Shown in pieces: positions 19,535 to 27,873 of a stretch of DNA of 64,000 nucleotides. The DNA comes from Tagaea sp. (lineage in GTDB: Bacteria > Pseudomonadota > Alphaproteobacteria > CACIAM-22H2): contig CBDIIB010000005.1 of assembly GCA_965279525.1 (NCBI GenBank), positions 1,472,001 through 1,536,000 of the forward strand, given 5' to 3'. Under the pieces are notes generated by a model. It saw nothing but the letters and a program-made list of their open reading frames with translations. It did no database searches and was not told the origin of the DNA. Position numbers and translations under genes: made by a program. How positions within the stretch are numbered: position 1 is the first letter of the stretch; each line of letters starts with the position of its first letter.

Positions 19535-20510
19535 GAAAGCGAAGTCTTCATAGCCTTCGCGCCGTGTTGTCCGGGCGGGACATCAGGCTCCGACGTGCCG
19601 ATGGGGTGCCGGCGGTCTTCGCGAGGGGGCCGTCGGCACCACCTCGCCCCAAATCCACAAAAAATCTCCCAAAAATGAAGAGGCGCCAGGGGCGATCTTG
19701 CGATCGGCCGTTGTCCGGGCGGGACAAAGGGCTCCCTGACGCCTCGCGAGGACCGTCGAAGCGGGCGTGCACGCCGCGCATCCGACACCACCGACACCCC
19801 GCTCTCGCGGACCGCCGGCCGCCCCATGGCAGCCAAAAACCCGGGTCTTCCCTCGGGGGGCCTGCTTCGCACGTCCGGTCAGGCCCTGGTCCGCCCGATT
19901 CCGTCCGCGTCCCCCCGACGAGGGCTCCGGCGGCCACGCGCGGCCATCCAGAACCCGAACCCGAGACGTCCGACCCTTGCCTGCAAACGCGGTCCCAGAC
20001 CTGACCCGGGCCTCGCGCGAGCTTCGATCGACGGCGCTTTGAGCACCTGCCTTTCGTGCCTCGCAGCCGGTCCGCCGGTCGCGGGTTCCTGAACCCCTGT
20101 GGTCCGCCCCGCCGTCACCGCCGTACCCGCCGATCCCTTGCGGGACCCTCGTGACCCCGACCGTCGGCCTGGATCCCCGCGCCCGCGCGGATCCGTCGAC
20201 GCCGTCCCTTCCCGCTGCACCGGCCTGTCCCCAGGGGAACCGGCCGGCCGTCTTGAAGGGAATGGAGTTGCCACCTTCCGCCCGGCTTGCGCCGTGCTTC
20301 CGGCGACCGCTCCGGCGCAACGCCCCGACCCCGTCCTTCCCGCGCCGCCACCCTTTCGGGGCCGGCTCCTGCCAGTGGATCGCGTCCTAGCTACCGGACA
20401 CGCTGGAGAAGGATCGCTGCCGTCTTGTCGCGCCTCGCTTTCGCTTACCGGAAACGATGGTCTCAAAGCCGCGCATCGCCGCCAATCCCAATCGCCCGCG
20501 CACGGTCAGA
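19535..20510 (-). ncRNA. Candidate large structured non-coding RNA, unclassified; ends approximate
   Basis: No credible ORF; minus-strand GNRA-capped hairpins, G-U-containing helices, repeated modules and U-tracts near 19671 and 19535. Confidence 0.6.
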
Positions 20511-20539
20511 ATCTTGTTGATGGAATCCCGCGTTGATCA

Positions 20540-20575
20540 CAATCCACACACAGGCGATCCACAGGTCTGTCCACA
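20540..20575 (+). promoter_or_regulatory. Three tandem DnaA-box-like 9-mers
   Basis: CAATCCACA, CGATCCACA and CTGTCCACA in the same orientation. Confidence 0.35.
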
Positions 20576-20728
20576 GCGTTTTGTTCGCAGCCGCGGTAAG
20601 CTTCTCGCCCGACGCGCCAAACCCATCAATTGACGCGCCGGTATGCAGGGTCTAAATCCTTAAGCCTGCCGGGAAGAATTGCGAAGGCCGTCGAATACCG
20701 GCCACGCAATCAGGAAGACCGAGGGGCC

Positions 20729-21148
20729 ATGGCCGCAGAATCCAAGAGTTCCGCCAAACCGCATCCGCGACCGCTATCGCCGCACCTGCAGGTCTACCGC
20801 CCGCAGATGACGTCGATCCTGTCGATCACCCACCGCGCCACCGGCGTGGCGCTGGCGGTCGGCACGCTGATGCTGACGTGCTGGCTGGTCGCCGCGGCGA
20901 CGGGCGAAACGCCCTTCGCGCGCGTCAACGCGTTCCTAGGATCGGGCATCGGCATGGTGCTGCTGTTCGGCTGGTCGGTGGCGCTTTTTTATCACCTCGC
21001 CAACGGCATCCGGCACCTGTTCTGGGATGCGGGCTACGGCTTCGACCTGCCGACGATGGAAAAATCGGGCTGGGCCGTAATCGCGTTCACGGCCGCCGCG
21101 ACGATCCTCGCCTGGGCGCTGGGCCTTGCCGTGCTGGGAGGGCGCTAG
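20729..21148 (+). CDS. sdhC: Succinate dehydrogenase cytochrome b556 subunit
   Basis: RPLSPHLQVY, SITHRATG and YHLANGIRHLFWD. Confidence 0.97.
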   Translation: MAAESKSSAKPHPRPLSPHLQVYRPQMTSILSITHRATGVALAVGTLMLTCWLVAAATGETPFARVNAFLGSGIGMVLLFGWSVALFYHLANGIRHLFWDAGYGFDLPTMEKSGWAVIAFTAAATILAWALGLAVLGGR

Positions 21149-21150
21149 AC

Positions 21151-21543
21151 ATGGACACCGGAAAATCGCTCCGCTCGCCGCTCGGGCGCGCGCGCGGTCT
21201 TGGCTCCGCCAAGGACGGCACGCATCACTGGTGGGCGCAGCGCGTCACGGCGATCGCGCTCATTCCGCTGACGGTGTGGTTCGTCGCCAGCGTCATCAGT
21301 CTCGTCGGCGCACCGCTGATCGAGCTGCAGGCGTGGGCCGCCTCGCCGGTCGTCGCCGTACTGCTGATGATCCTCGTCGTCGCGACATTCCAGCACGCGC
21401 GGCTGGGTGTGCAGGTCGTGATCGAGGACTATGTCCATCATGAAGGGCTGAAGGTCGCCTTGCTGCTCGCGGTCAACGGGGCCTCGTTGCTGTTCGGCGC
21501 CGTCGCCGTCTTCTCGATCCTCAAGCTCGCTTTCGGAGGCTGA
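21151..21543 (+). CDS. sdhD: Succinate dehydrogenase membrane anchor subunit
   Basis: HWWAQRVTA and HARLGVQVVIEDYV. Confidence 0.97.
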   Translation: MDTGKSLRSPLGRARGLGSAKDGTHHWWAQRVTAIALIPLTVWFVASVISLVGAPLIELQAWAASPVVAVLLMILVVATFQHARLGVQVVIEDYVHHEGLKVALLLAVNGASLLFGAVAVFSILKLAFGG

Positions 21544-21546
21544 TCC

Positions 21547-23361
21547 ATGCCCGATGCTTCGTCCCCGTCGCTGGGCGGACAGGCCTACAAGGTCGTCGAC
21601 CACCAGTACGACGTCGTCGTCGTGGGAGCCGGCGGTGCGGGCCTGCGCGCCACGTTCGGCATGGCGGCCAAGGGCCTGAAGACCGCGTGCATCTCGAAGG
21701 TGTTCCCGACGCGCAGCCACACGGTTGCCGCACAGGGCGGGATCTCGGCGGCGCTGGGCAACATGGGTGCCGATGACTGGCGCTGGCACATGTACGACAC
21801 GGTCAAGGGTTCCGACTGGCTCGGCGACCAGGATTCGATCGAGTACATGTGCAAGGAAGCCATCCCGGCGATCATCGAGCTCGAGCATTACGGCGTGCCG
21901 TTCAGCCGCACGACCGAGGGCAAGATCTACCAGCGCCCGTTCGGCGGCATGACCACCGATTACGGCAAGGGTGTCGCCCAGCGCACCTGCGCTGCCGCCG
22001 ACCGCACCGGCCACGCGATCCTGCACACGCTCTACCAGCAGAGCCTCAAGAACAACGCCGAGTTCTTCATCGAGTATTTCGCCCTCGACCTCATCATGGA
22101 CGAGGAAGGCCAGTGCCGCGGCGTGATGGCGTGGAACCTGCTGGACGGCACGCTGCACCGCTTCCACGCACACCTCGTCGCACTCGCCACCGGCGGCTAC
22201 GGGCGTGCCTATTTCTCGGCGACCTCGGCGCACACCTGCACGGGCGACGGCAACGCGATGGCGCTGCGCGCCGGATTGCCGCTGCAGGACATGGAATTCA
22301 TCCAGTTCCACCCGACCGGCATCTACGGGGCGGGCTGCCTGATCACCGAAGGCTCGCGCGGCGAAGGCGGGTACCTCACCAACTCCAACGGCGAGCGCTT
22401 CATGGAGCGCTATGCGCCGTCGGCCAAGGATCTCGCCTCGCGCGACGTCGTCAGCCGCGCGATGACGATGGAGATCCGCGAGGGCCGCGGCGTGGGCAAG
22501 GAGAAGGACCATATCCATCTCCATCTCGAGCATCTCGACGCCAAGCTGCTGCACGAGCGCCTGCCCGGCATTTCGGAAACCGCGAAGATCTTCGCCAATG
22601 TCGACGTGACGAAGGAGCCGATCCCCGTCCTGCCGACCGTGCACTACAACATGGGCGGCATCCCGACCAACCACCGCTGCGAAGTCGTCACGATGAAGAA
22701 CGGCACCGCCACCGTGGTGCCCGGCCTGATGGCGATCGGCGAGGCGGCGTGCGTGTCGGTGCATGGCGCGAACCGTCTGGGTTCCAACTCGCTGCTCGAT
22801 CTCGTCGTGTTCGGGCGCGCGGCCGCGATCCGGGCGGCCGAGCTCGTCCAGCCCGGCACGCCGCACAAGCCACTGCCCAAGAATGCGGGCGATTCGTGCC
22901 TCGCGCGCTTCGACAAGATGCGCCACGCCAAGGGTCCCGCACCCACGGCCGTTCTGCGCGCCGAGATGCAGCGCATCATGCAGAACAACTGTGCGGTCTA
23001 CCGCACGGGCGACGTGCTCGCCGAAGGCTCGAAACTGATCGCGCAGACCTTCGCCAAGAACGGCGACATCGGCGTCACCGACCGCTCGCTGGTGTGGAAC
23101 TCCGACCTTGTCGAGTCGCTCGAGTACGACAACCTGATCGCGCAGGCGGTGGTCACGCTGGAGTCGGCGTTGAACCGCAAGGAAAGCCGTGGTGCGCACG
23201 CCCGCGAGGACTATCCCAACCGCGACGACAAGGACTGGATGAAGCACTCGATCGCGTGGCTCGACGCCAAGGGCAATGTCGATTTCGCCTACCGCCCCGT
23301 CGTGCTGACCTCGCTGACCAACGAAGTGCAGTCCTTCCCGCCCAAGGCGCGCGTCTACTGA
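21547..23361 (+). CDS. sdhA: Succinate dehydrogenase flavoprotein subunit
   Basis: [22 protein letters not shown] and [11 protein letters not shown]. Confidence 0.99.
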   Translation: MPDASSPSLGGQAYKVVDHQYDVVVVGAGGAGLRATFGMAAKGLKTACISKVFPTRSHTVAAQGGISAALGNMGADDWRWHMYDTVKGSDWLGDQDSIEYMCKEAIPAIIELEHYGVPFSRTTEGKIYQRPFGGMTTDYGKGVAQRTCAAADRTGHAILHTLYQQSLKNNAEFFIEYFALDLIMDEEGQCRGVMAWNLLDGTLHRFHAHLVALATGGYGRAYFSATSAHTCTGDGNAMALRAGLPLQDMEFIQFHPTGIYGAGCLITEGSRGEGGYLTNSNGERFMERYAPSAKDLASRDVVSRAMTMEIREGRGVGKEKDHIHLHLEHLDAKLLHERLPGISETAKIFANVDVTKEPIPVLPTVHYNMGGIPTNHRCEVVTMKNGTATVVPGLMAIGEAACVSVHGANRLGSNSLLDLVVFGRAAAIRAAELVQPGTPHKPLPKNAGDSCLARFDKMRHAKGPAPTAVLRAEMQRIMQNNCAVYRTGDVLAEGSKLIAQTFAKNGDIGVTDRSLVWNSDLVESLEYDNLIAQAVVTLESALNRKESRGAHAREDYPNRDDKDWMKHSIAWLDAKGNVDFAYRPVVLTSLTNEVQSFPPKARVY

Positions 23362-23387
23362 AGTTCCCGAAAGGCTGAGCGATCCCC

Positions 23388-24164
23388 ATGGCCGAATTCA
23401 CGCTTCCCGCCAACTCGAAGGTCCAGACCGGCAAGACGTTCCCGCCGCCGGCCGGCGCCACGCGGACCAAGACGTTCAAGATCTACCGCTGGGACCCGGA
23501 CACGGGTGCGAACCCGCGCGTCGATGTCTACACGCTCGATCTCGACCAGACCGCGCCGATGGTTCTCGACGCGCTGATCAAGATCAAGAACGAGATCGAC
23601 CCGACGCTGACCTTCCGCCGCTCGTGCCGCGAGGGCGTGTGCGGGTCGTGCGCGATGAACATCGACGGCACCAACACGCTCGCCTGCACCAAGGGCATCG
23701 ACGAGTGTGCCGGCGACGTGAAGATCTATCCCTTGCCGCACATGCCGGTCATCAAGGACCTGGTGCCCGATCTCAGCCAGGCCTACGCGCAGCTGCGCTC
23801 GATCGAGCCGTGGCTGAAGAGCGAGACGCCGCCGCCCGACCGCGAGCGCCCGCAGAGCCCGGAAGAGCGCGCCAAGCTCGACGGCATGTGGGAATGCATC
23901 CTGTGCTTCTGCTGCTCGACCTCGTGCCCGAGCTACTGGTGGAACGCCGACCGCTATCTGGGGCCGGCCGTGCTGCTGCAGGCCTATCGCTGGATCGCCG
24001 ACAGCCGCGACGAGGCGACGGGCGAACGGCTCGACAATCTCGAGGATCCGTTCCGCCTCTATCGCTGCCACACGATCATGAACTGCACGAAGACGTGCCC
24101 GAAGAGCCTCAACCCCGCCAAGGCGATCGCCGAGATCAAGAAGCTGATGATCGCGCGCCAGTAA
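23388..24164 (+). CDS. sdhB: Succinate dehydrogenase iron-sulfur subunit
   Basis: [22 protein letters not shown] and [12 protein letters not shown]. Confidence 0.99.
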   Translation: MAEFTLPANSKVQTGKTFPPPAGATRTKTFKIYRWDPDTGANPRVDVYTLDLDQTAPMVLDALIKIKNEIDPTLTFRRSCREGVCGSCAMNIDGTNTLACTKGIDECAGDVKIYPLPHMPVIKDLVPDLSQAYAQLRSIEPWLKSETPPPDRERPQSPEERAKLDGMWECILCFCCSTSCPSYWWNADRYLGPAVLLQAYRWIADSRDEATGERLDNLEDPFRLYRCHTIMNCTKTCPKSLNPAKAIAEIKKLMIARQ

Positions 24165-24198
24165 CGGCGCAGGCACGCCGAAAGAAAACGGGCGCACA

Positions 24199-24241
24199 AA
24201 AGAAAACGGGCGGGACCTTTTCCAGGTCCCGCCCGTATTTC
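24199..24241. terminator. Bidirectional intrinsic terminator after sdhB
   Basis: A-run, ACGGGCGGGACCT / AGGTCCCGCCCGT stem, then ATTT. Confidence 0.85.
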
Positions 24242-24260
24242 GTTGCGGCCGACGGTATTG

Positions 24261-24374
24261 CTATTCGGCCTGCTGGGCTGGCGCCTGGGCGCGCGCCTTG
24301 CCGTCTTCGGCCATCATCTGGAGGCCGGCGACGCCAAGGGTGAAGGCGAGAATGAGAAGGGCGAAAAGACGCAT
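24261..24374 (-). CDS. 37-aa small protein with a hydrophobic N-terminus (not in the ORF track)
   Basis: Translated by hand as MRLFALLILAFTLGVAGLQMMAEDGKARAQAPAQQAE; GGAG upstream; ends just before the terminator. Confidence 0.6.
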   Translation of the reverse strand: MRLFALLILAFTLGVAGLQMMAEDGKARAQAPAQQAE

Positions 24375-24390
24375 CGGGGCCGGCTCCGGC

Positions 24391-24636
24391 TCAGGGGTAA
24401 CGGACGAGCTTCCAGACGCACGACTTCTTGTCGTACGCCGGCATGCGCGTGCCCTTCGGGAACGACGAGCGGCCCGATGGGGTTCCCTGGCTTTCCCAGA
24501 TCCCGCTTTCCGGGCAGGTCTGGCCGGTCACGATCAGCGTGCCGATCGGCATCTTGTTGGACGGTGCGGCCCCGGGCTTCCCCGGCATGCCTGGTCTGGG
24601 TGGTAGTGCCATTGCATTCCTCTGGCGGCCGAACAT
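24391..24636 (-). CDS. Small YjzC-like protein
   Basis: TGQTCPESGIW...KGTRMP....W pattern; GAAAGG RBS; promoter-like sequence upstream. Confidence 0.6.
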   Translation of the reverse strand: MFGRQRNAMALPPRPGMPGKPGAAPSNKMPIGTLIVTGQTCPESGIWESQGTPSGRSSFPKGTRMPAYDKKSCVWKLVRYP

Positions 24637-24706
24637 GGACTGGCCTTTCTTTTTAGTCAGATAGGCTAGATTCTCGAAACGCACAACATCGAAGCGGATT
24701 TAAAGA

Positions 24707-24735
24707 ATATTATACCAGATTCGTTAATAGGTCAA
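24707..24735 (-). promoter_or_regulatory. Putative sigma70 promoter for the two small ORFs
   Basis: TTGACC-N17-TAATAT (overlapping TATAAT) within an AT-rich patch. Confidence 0.6.
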
Positions 24736-24779
24736 CTCAGCCAGCCGCTTCAACCTTTTGAAAAACATACAAATTATGC

Positions 24780-25259
24780 TCAGCTTCGGGGATTCCGGCG
24801 CTTCGGCACGGAATATTTGCGCGGTAAAAGCACGTCCACGGGCACCCCGACCGGTCCGTCCTCGCCGGGAACGATGACCTTGGAGCCCGGTGCGAAATCC
24901 GAAAGCATCTCGCGGCAGATGCCGCACGGGCTGACGATGCGGATCGTGCGGTCGCTCTCGGCCGGGCGCGGATGGCGCACCGACACGATCGTCTCGATGT
25001 CGCTCTCGCCCTCGGCGATGGCGCGGCCCAGCGCCACGGCTTCCGCGCACACCGACGCGCGGCCGACATAGGTGTCGAGATGGACGGCCGTGTAGACGCG
25101 CCCCGAGCGCGTGCGCAGTGCCGAGCCGATATGATGGCGGTTCTCGGAATAGAGCCTGGCGATCGCGGCGCGCGCTGCCTCCACCAGTTCGAGATCGGCG
25201 GCAGTGACCGGCGTGCCGCCACCATTGCCGTTGGGGCCTTCGTCGTTCTCCCTGCTCAT
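24780..25259 (-). CDS. Cytidine deaminase family protein, blasticidin-S deaminase (Bsr)-like
   Basis: VCAE and SPCGICRE zinc motifs; HHIGSALRT and IVSVRHP segments. Confidence 0.85.
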   Translation of the reverse strand: MSRENDEGPNGNGGGTPVTAADLELVEAARAAIARLYSENRHHIGSALRTRSGRVYTAVHLDTYVGRASVCAEAVALGRAIAEGESDIETIVSVRHPRPAESDRTIRIVSPCGICREMLSDFAPGSKVIVPGEDGPVGVPVDVLLPRKYSVPKRRNPRS

Positions 25260-25657
25260 TCGGCCAGCGACTCCAGATGTTCCATGTCGTCGTCGGAAAA
25301 GCCGAAATGGTGGCCGATCTCGTGGATCATCACGTGGCGCACGAGCGTGTAGAGATCCTCGCCGGTCTCGCACCAGTAGTCGAGCAGCGGCCGGCGGTAG
25401 AGGAAGATCATGTCGGGCTGGGTGCGCAACGTGGACGTGGATTCGCGGATCATGTCGACGCCGCGATAGAGGCCCATGATCTCCCACGGGCTCTCCAGGT
25501 CCATCTCCTTCTCGGTCTCCTCGTCGCAGAAATCCTCGACGCGCAGCACGATGTTGCCGGCATGCTTGCGCAGTTCGGCCGGAATCGTCGTCATCGCCTT
25601 TTCGGCGAGACGTTCGATCTCGGCAAGATCGGGTGCTGGACGCGGCGGCTCGGACAT
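25256..25657 (-). CDS. Zincin-like metallopeptidase (Zincin_1/DUF1025)
   Basis: GLYRG, IFLYRRP and [13 protein letters not shown]. Confidence 0.9.
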   Translation of the reverse strand: MSEPPRPAPDLAEIERLAEKAMTTIPAELRKHAGNIVLRVEDFCDEETEKEMDLESPWEIMGLYRGVDMIRESTSTLRTQPDMIFLYRRPLLDYWCETGEDLYTLVRHVMIHEIGHHFGFSDDDMEHLESLAE

Positions 25658-25721
25658 GATCGGCTCGAAGCCTAGCGCGCGGCGAACGGCCGTGCCAAGC
25701 GACGTCGGGGGAGAAGCAGGC

Positions 25722-26009
25722 ATGGCCGGACGACTTCAGGGGCCCGCACGCAACGAAGCGCTTGCCGGGCTCGACGGCTGGGCGGAACTGCCCGACCGCG
25801 ACGCGATCGCGAAATCCTACAGGTTCGCGGATTTCAACGCCGCCTTCGCCTTCATGACGCGCGTGGCGCTGAAGGCCGAGAAGATGGATCACCATCCCGA
25901 GTGGTTCAACGTCTACAGCAAAGTCGATGTCGTGCTGTCCACGCACGATGCCGGCGGGCTGACGATGCGCGACATCGAGTTGGCGAAGTTTATGGACGGG
26001 GTTGCCTGA
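25722..26009 (+). CDS. phhB: Pterin-4-alpha-carbinolamine dehydratase
   Basis: [10 protein letters not shown] and STHDAGGLT signatures. Confidence 0.93.
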   Translation: MAGRLQGPARNEALAGLDGWAELPDRDAIAKSYRFADFNAAFAFMTRVALKAEKMDHHPEWFNVYSKVDVVLSTHDAGGLTMRDIELAKFMDGVA

Positions 26010-26012
26010 CGT

Positions 26013-26603
26013 TCAGACGGGCGCCAGCCGCGCGCTCGGATGCACGAGCGGCTTGTACCCGGCCTTCAGCACCGCGACCGTGCCTTCGGGCGTCAGCGCT
26101 TCGATCTGGCCTTCGGGGATTTCCGCCGGCGTGTAGCCGGTGTGCGACCAGCGCCACGCCTTGGCGTCCCATTTGAGATACGCCGCATCGTCGTGCGCGT
26201 ACATGGCCCCATCGGGCAGCTCGCCGAAGGTCGCGGGCCACGGGCGGCGGCGGTCGGCGGCGAGCGCGTTGTCGAGCTTCGTCGCGTCGGCCTTCTTGCC
26301 GGGCCACAGCTTCAGGAAACTGTCATAGGCCGCGCGCCGGCATTCGGCGCACGGGCGATGGCCGGCGGCCAGCGCCGTCACCTCGTCGAGGAAGAACAGC
26401 TCGGTATAGTGGCCGGGCTGCATGATGCGCCGCTTGCGGCCCTTGAAGGCGAGCTGGCAGATCAGCCAGCGCTTCTCGCGCGTCGCCTCGACCTCGAGGA
26501 CGCGCCCTTCGCCGTGCAGGCAGCCGCGATTGCCCATCAAAAGGCCGCGCGCGGGATCGGCCTCGATCGTCGAGAAGGGCGTGACGCGGTTGCGCAGCGT
26601 CAT
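26013..26603 (-). CDS. Conserved hypothetical protein with an Ada-like Cys motif
   Basis: MGNRGCLH and YTELFFLDEVTALAAGHRPCAECRR; start overlaps the upstream stop. Confidence 0.75.
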   Translation of the reverse strand: MTLRNRVTPFSTIEADPARGLLMGNRGCLHGEGRVLEVEATREKRWLICQLAFKGRKRRIMQPGHYTELFFLDEVTALAAGHRPCAECRRAAYDSFLKLWPGKKADATKLDNALAADRRRPWPATFGELPDGAMYAHDDAAYLKWDAKAWRWSHTGYTPAEIPEGQIEALTPEGTVAVLKAGYKPLVHPSARLAPV

Positions 26604-27361
26604 TTGGGTCCCATGCGGATGGCGCCGTCGAGGCGCACGGTCTCGCCGTTCAGCATCGTGTTGGCCAGGAAGTGCATCACGAGGGCCGCGTACTCGTCCG
26701 GCCGGCCGAAGCGCGACGGGAACGGCACCTGTGCGGCGAGGCTGTCCTGCACGGGCTGCGGCATGCCCAGCAGCATCGGCGTGCCGAACAGGCCGGGGGC
26801 GATCGTCATGACGCGGATGCCCGACTTGGCGAACTCGCGCGCGGCGGGCAGCGTCAGCGCCGCGACCCCGCCCTTCGACGCGGCATAGGCCGCCTGGCCG
26901 ATCTGCCCTTCGAACGCGGCGACCGAGGCGGTCATCACGACAAGGCCGCGTTCGCCGTCGGCGTTGGCGCCAAGCGCCTGCATGTCGGCGGCCGCGAGGC
27001 GCATCATGTTGAAGGTGCCGATCAGGTTGATCTCGATCGTGCGGCGGAACGCGTCCAGCGCCATCGGACCTTCCTTGCCGACGATGCGCGCGGCCGGGGC
27101 CACGCCCGCACAATTGACCAGCACGCGCGCCGCCCCGTGCGCCTCGCGCGCCTGTTTCACGCACGCGGTCGCGGCATCGGCCGACGACACGTCGCAGGCA
27201 AGGGCGAGCCCGCCGATCTCGGCAGCCACGCGCTTTGCCGCATCGAGATTGACGTCGAGGACGGCGACTTTCGCACCCGCCTTGGCAAGGGCGCGCGCCG
27301 TGCCTTCGCCGAGGCCCGAGCCGCCGCCCGTCACGATCGCCGCTTCGCCCTTGATGTCCAT
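26600..27361 (-). CDS. SDR oxidoreductase (3-hydroxyacyl-CoA dehydrogenase type II-like)
   Basis: TGGGSGLG, NCAG, YAASKGG and NGETVRLDGA. Confidence 0.92.
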   Translation of the reverse strand: MDIKGEAAIVTGGGSGLGEGTARALAKAGAKVAVLDVNLDAAKRVAAEIGGLALACDVSSADAATACVKQAREAHGAARVLVNCAGVAPAARIVGKEGPMALDAFRRTIEINLIGTFNMMRLAAADMQALGANADGERGLVVMTASVAAFEGQIGQAAYAASKGGVAALTLPAAREFAKSGIRVMTIAPGLFGTPMLLGMPQPVQDSLAAQVPFPSRFGRPDEYAALVMHFLANTMLNGETVRLDGAIRMGPK

Positions 27362-27429
27362 GGCTTGATTCCTTCCGCGTGGCGGTCCAGTTTCCAGCTC
27401 CCTCCTAGCGGATTCGAGGATGGCCGCCA

Positions 27430-27873
27430 ATGACCGCATTTTCACTCGCCGGCGTGCCGCGTGCGGCCGTCTGGCTCGGCTTCGGCGGGCTGCTGCCGTT
27501 CTGGCTCGCGGTCGCCGCGATCTGGGCGAACCCGGAGGCGGCGTCGTTCGCCCTCTCGGCACAGCTTGCCTATGGCGCCGTCATCCTGTCGTTCCTGGGC
27601 GGCGTGCACTGGGGGCGCGCCCTCGCGGGTCCCGGGGAGCCGGTGCCGGGCTGGAGCGTGGTGCCGGCCTTGCTGGGCTGGCTTGCCGCCGCGTGGATGG
27701 AGCCGGCGCCGGCGCTGATCCTGCTGATCGTCGGCTTCTGGGCCGCGTTCACCGTGGACATGCGCGCCGTCGCCGCGGGCCGCTTTCCGGGCTGGTACCT
27801 GCAATTGCGCCGGCCCTTGTCGGCACTCGTGGTGCTGGCCCTCGCCTTCAGTCTGCTGGCGGTCTGGTCCTGA
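27430..27873 (+). CDS. DUF3429 family membrane protein
   Basis: LGFGGLLPF, YGAVILSFLGGVHWG and WYLQLR. Confidence 0.85.
   Translation: MTAFSLAGVPRAAVWLGFGGLLPFWLAVAAIWANPEAASFALSAQLAYGAVILSFLGGVHWGRALAGPGEPVPGWSVVPALLGWLAAAWMEPAPALILLIVGFWAAFTVDMRAVAAGRFPGWYLQLRRPLSALVVLALAFSLLAVWS

Noticed and set aside
19566-19726. CRISPR array from the 17-bp direct repeat
   Set aside because: Only two copies 144 bp apart and no cas genes.
19550-20505. Group II intron reading (GTGCG near 20503 on the minus strand; GAGCC hairpins near the 3' end)
   Set aside because: The hairpins lack the domain V geometry and GNRA loop, there is no domain VI or RT ORF, and no interrupted gene is evident.
19535-20510. RNase P RNA, tmRNA, SRP RNA or rRNA fragment
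   Set aside because: I could not find their conserved signatures (for example GAGGAAAGUCC or a tRNA-like T-arm with CCA); an Rfam scan is needed to be definitive.
19302-20536. Many overlapping ORFs of 70-245 aa in the rlmD-sdhC gap
   Set aside because: All are Arg/Pro/Gly-rich with no domain motifs or convincing RBS, as expected by chance in high-GC non-coding DNA.
20520-20660. Replication origin
   Set aside because: Only three imperfect boxes, no extended AT-rich unwinding element and none of the usual origin-flanking genes.
21145-23247. Long antisense ORFs opposite sdhA and other conserved genes
   Set aside because: Typical stop-poor reverse frames caused by high-GC codon bias.
24181-24212. 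14-bp direct repeat AAAGAAAACGGGCG after sdhB
   Set aside because: It looks like a local duplication of the terminator's left arm, with no sign of a mobile-element target duplication.
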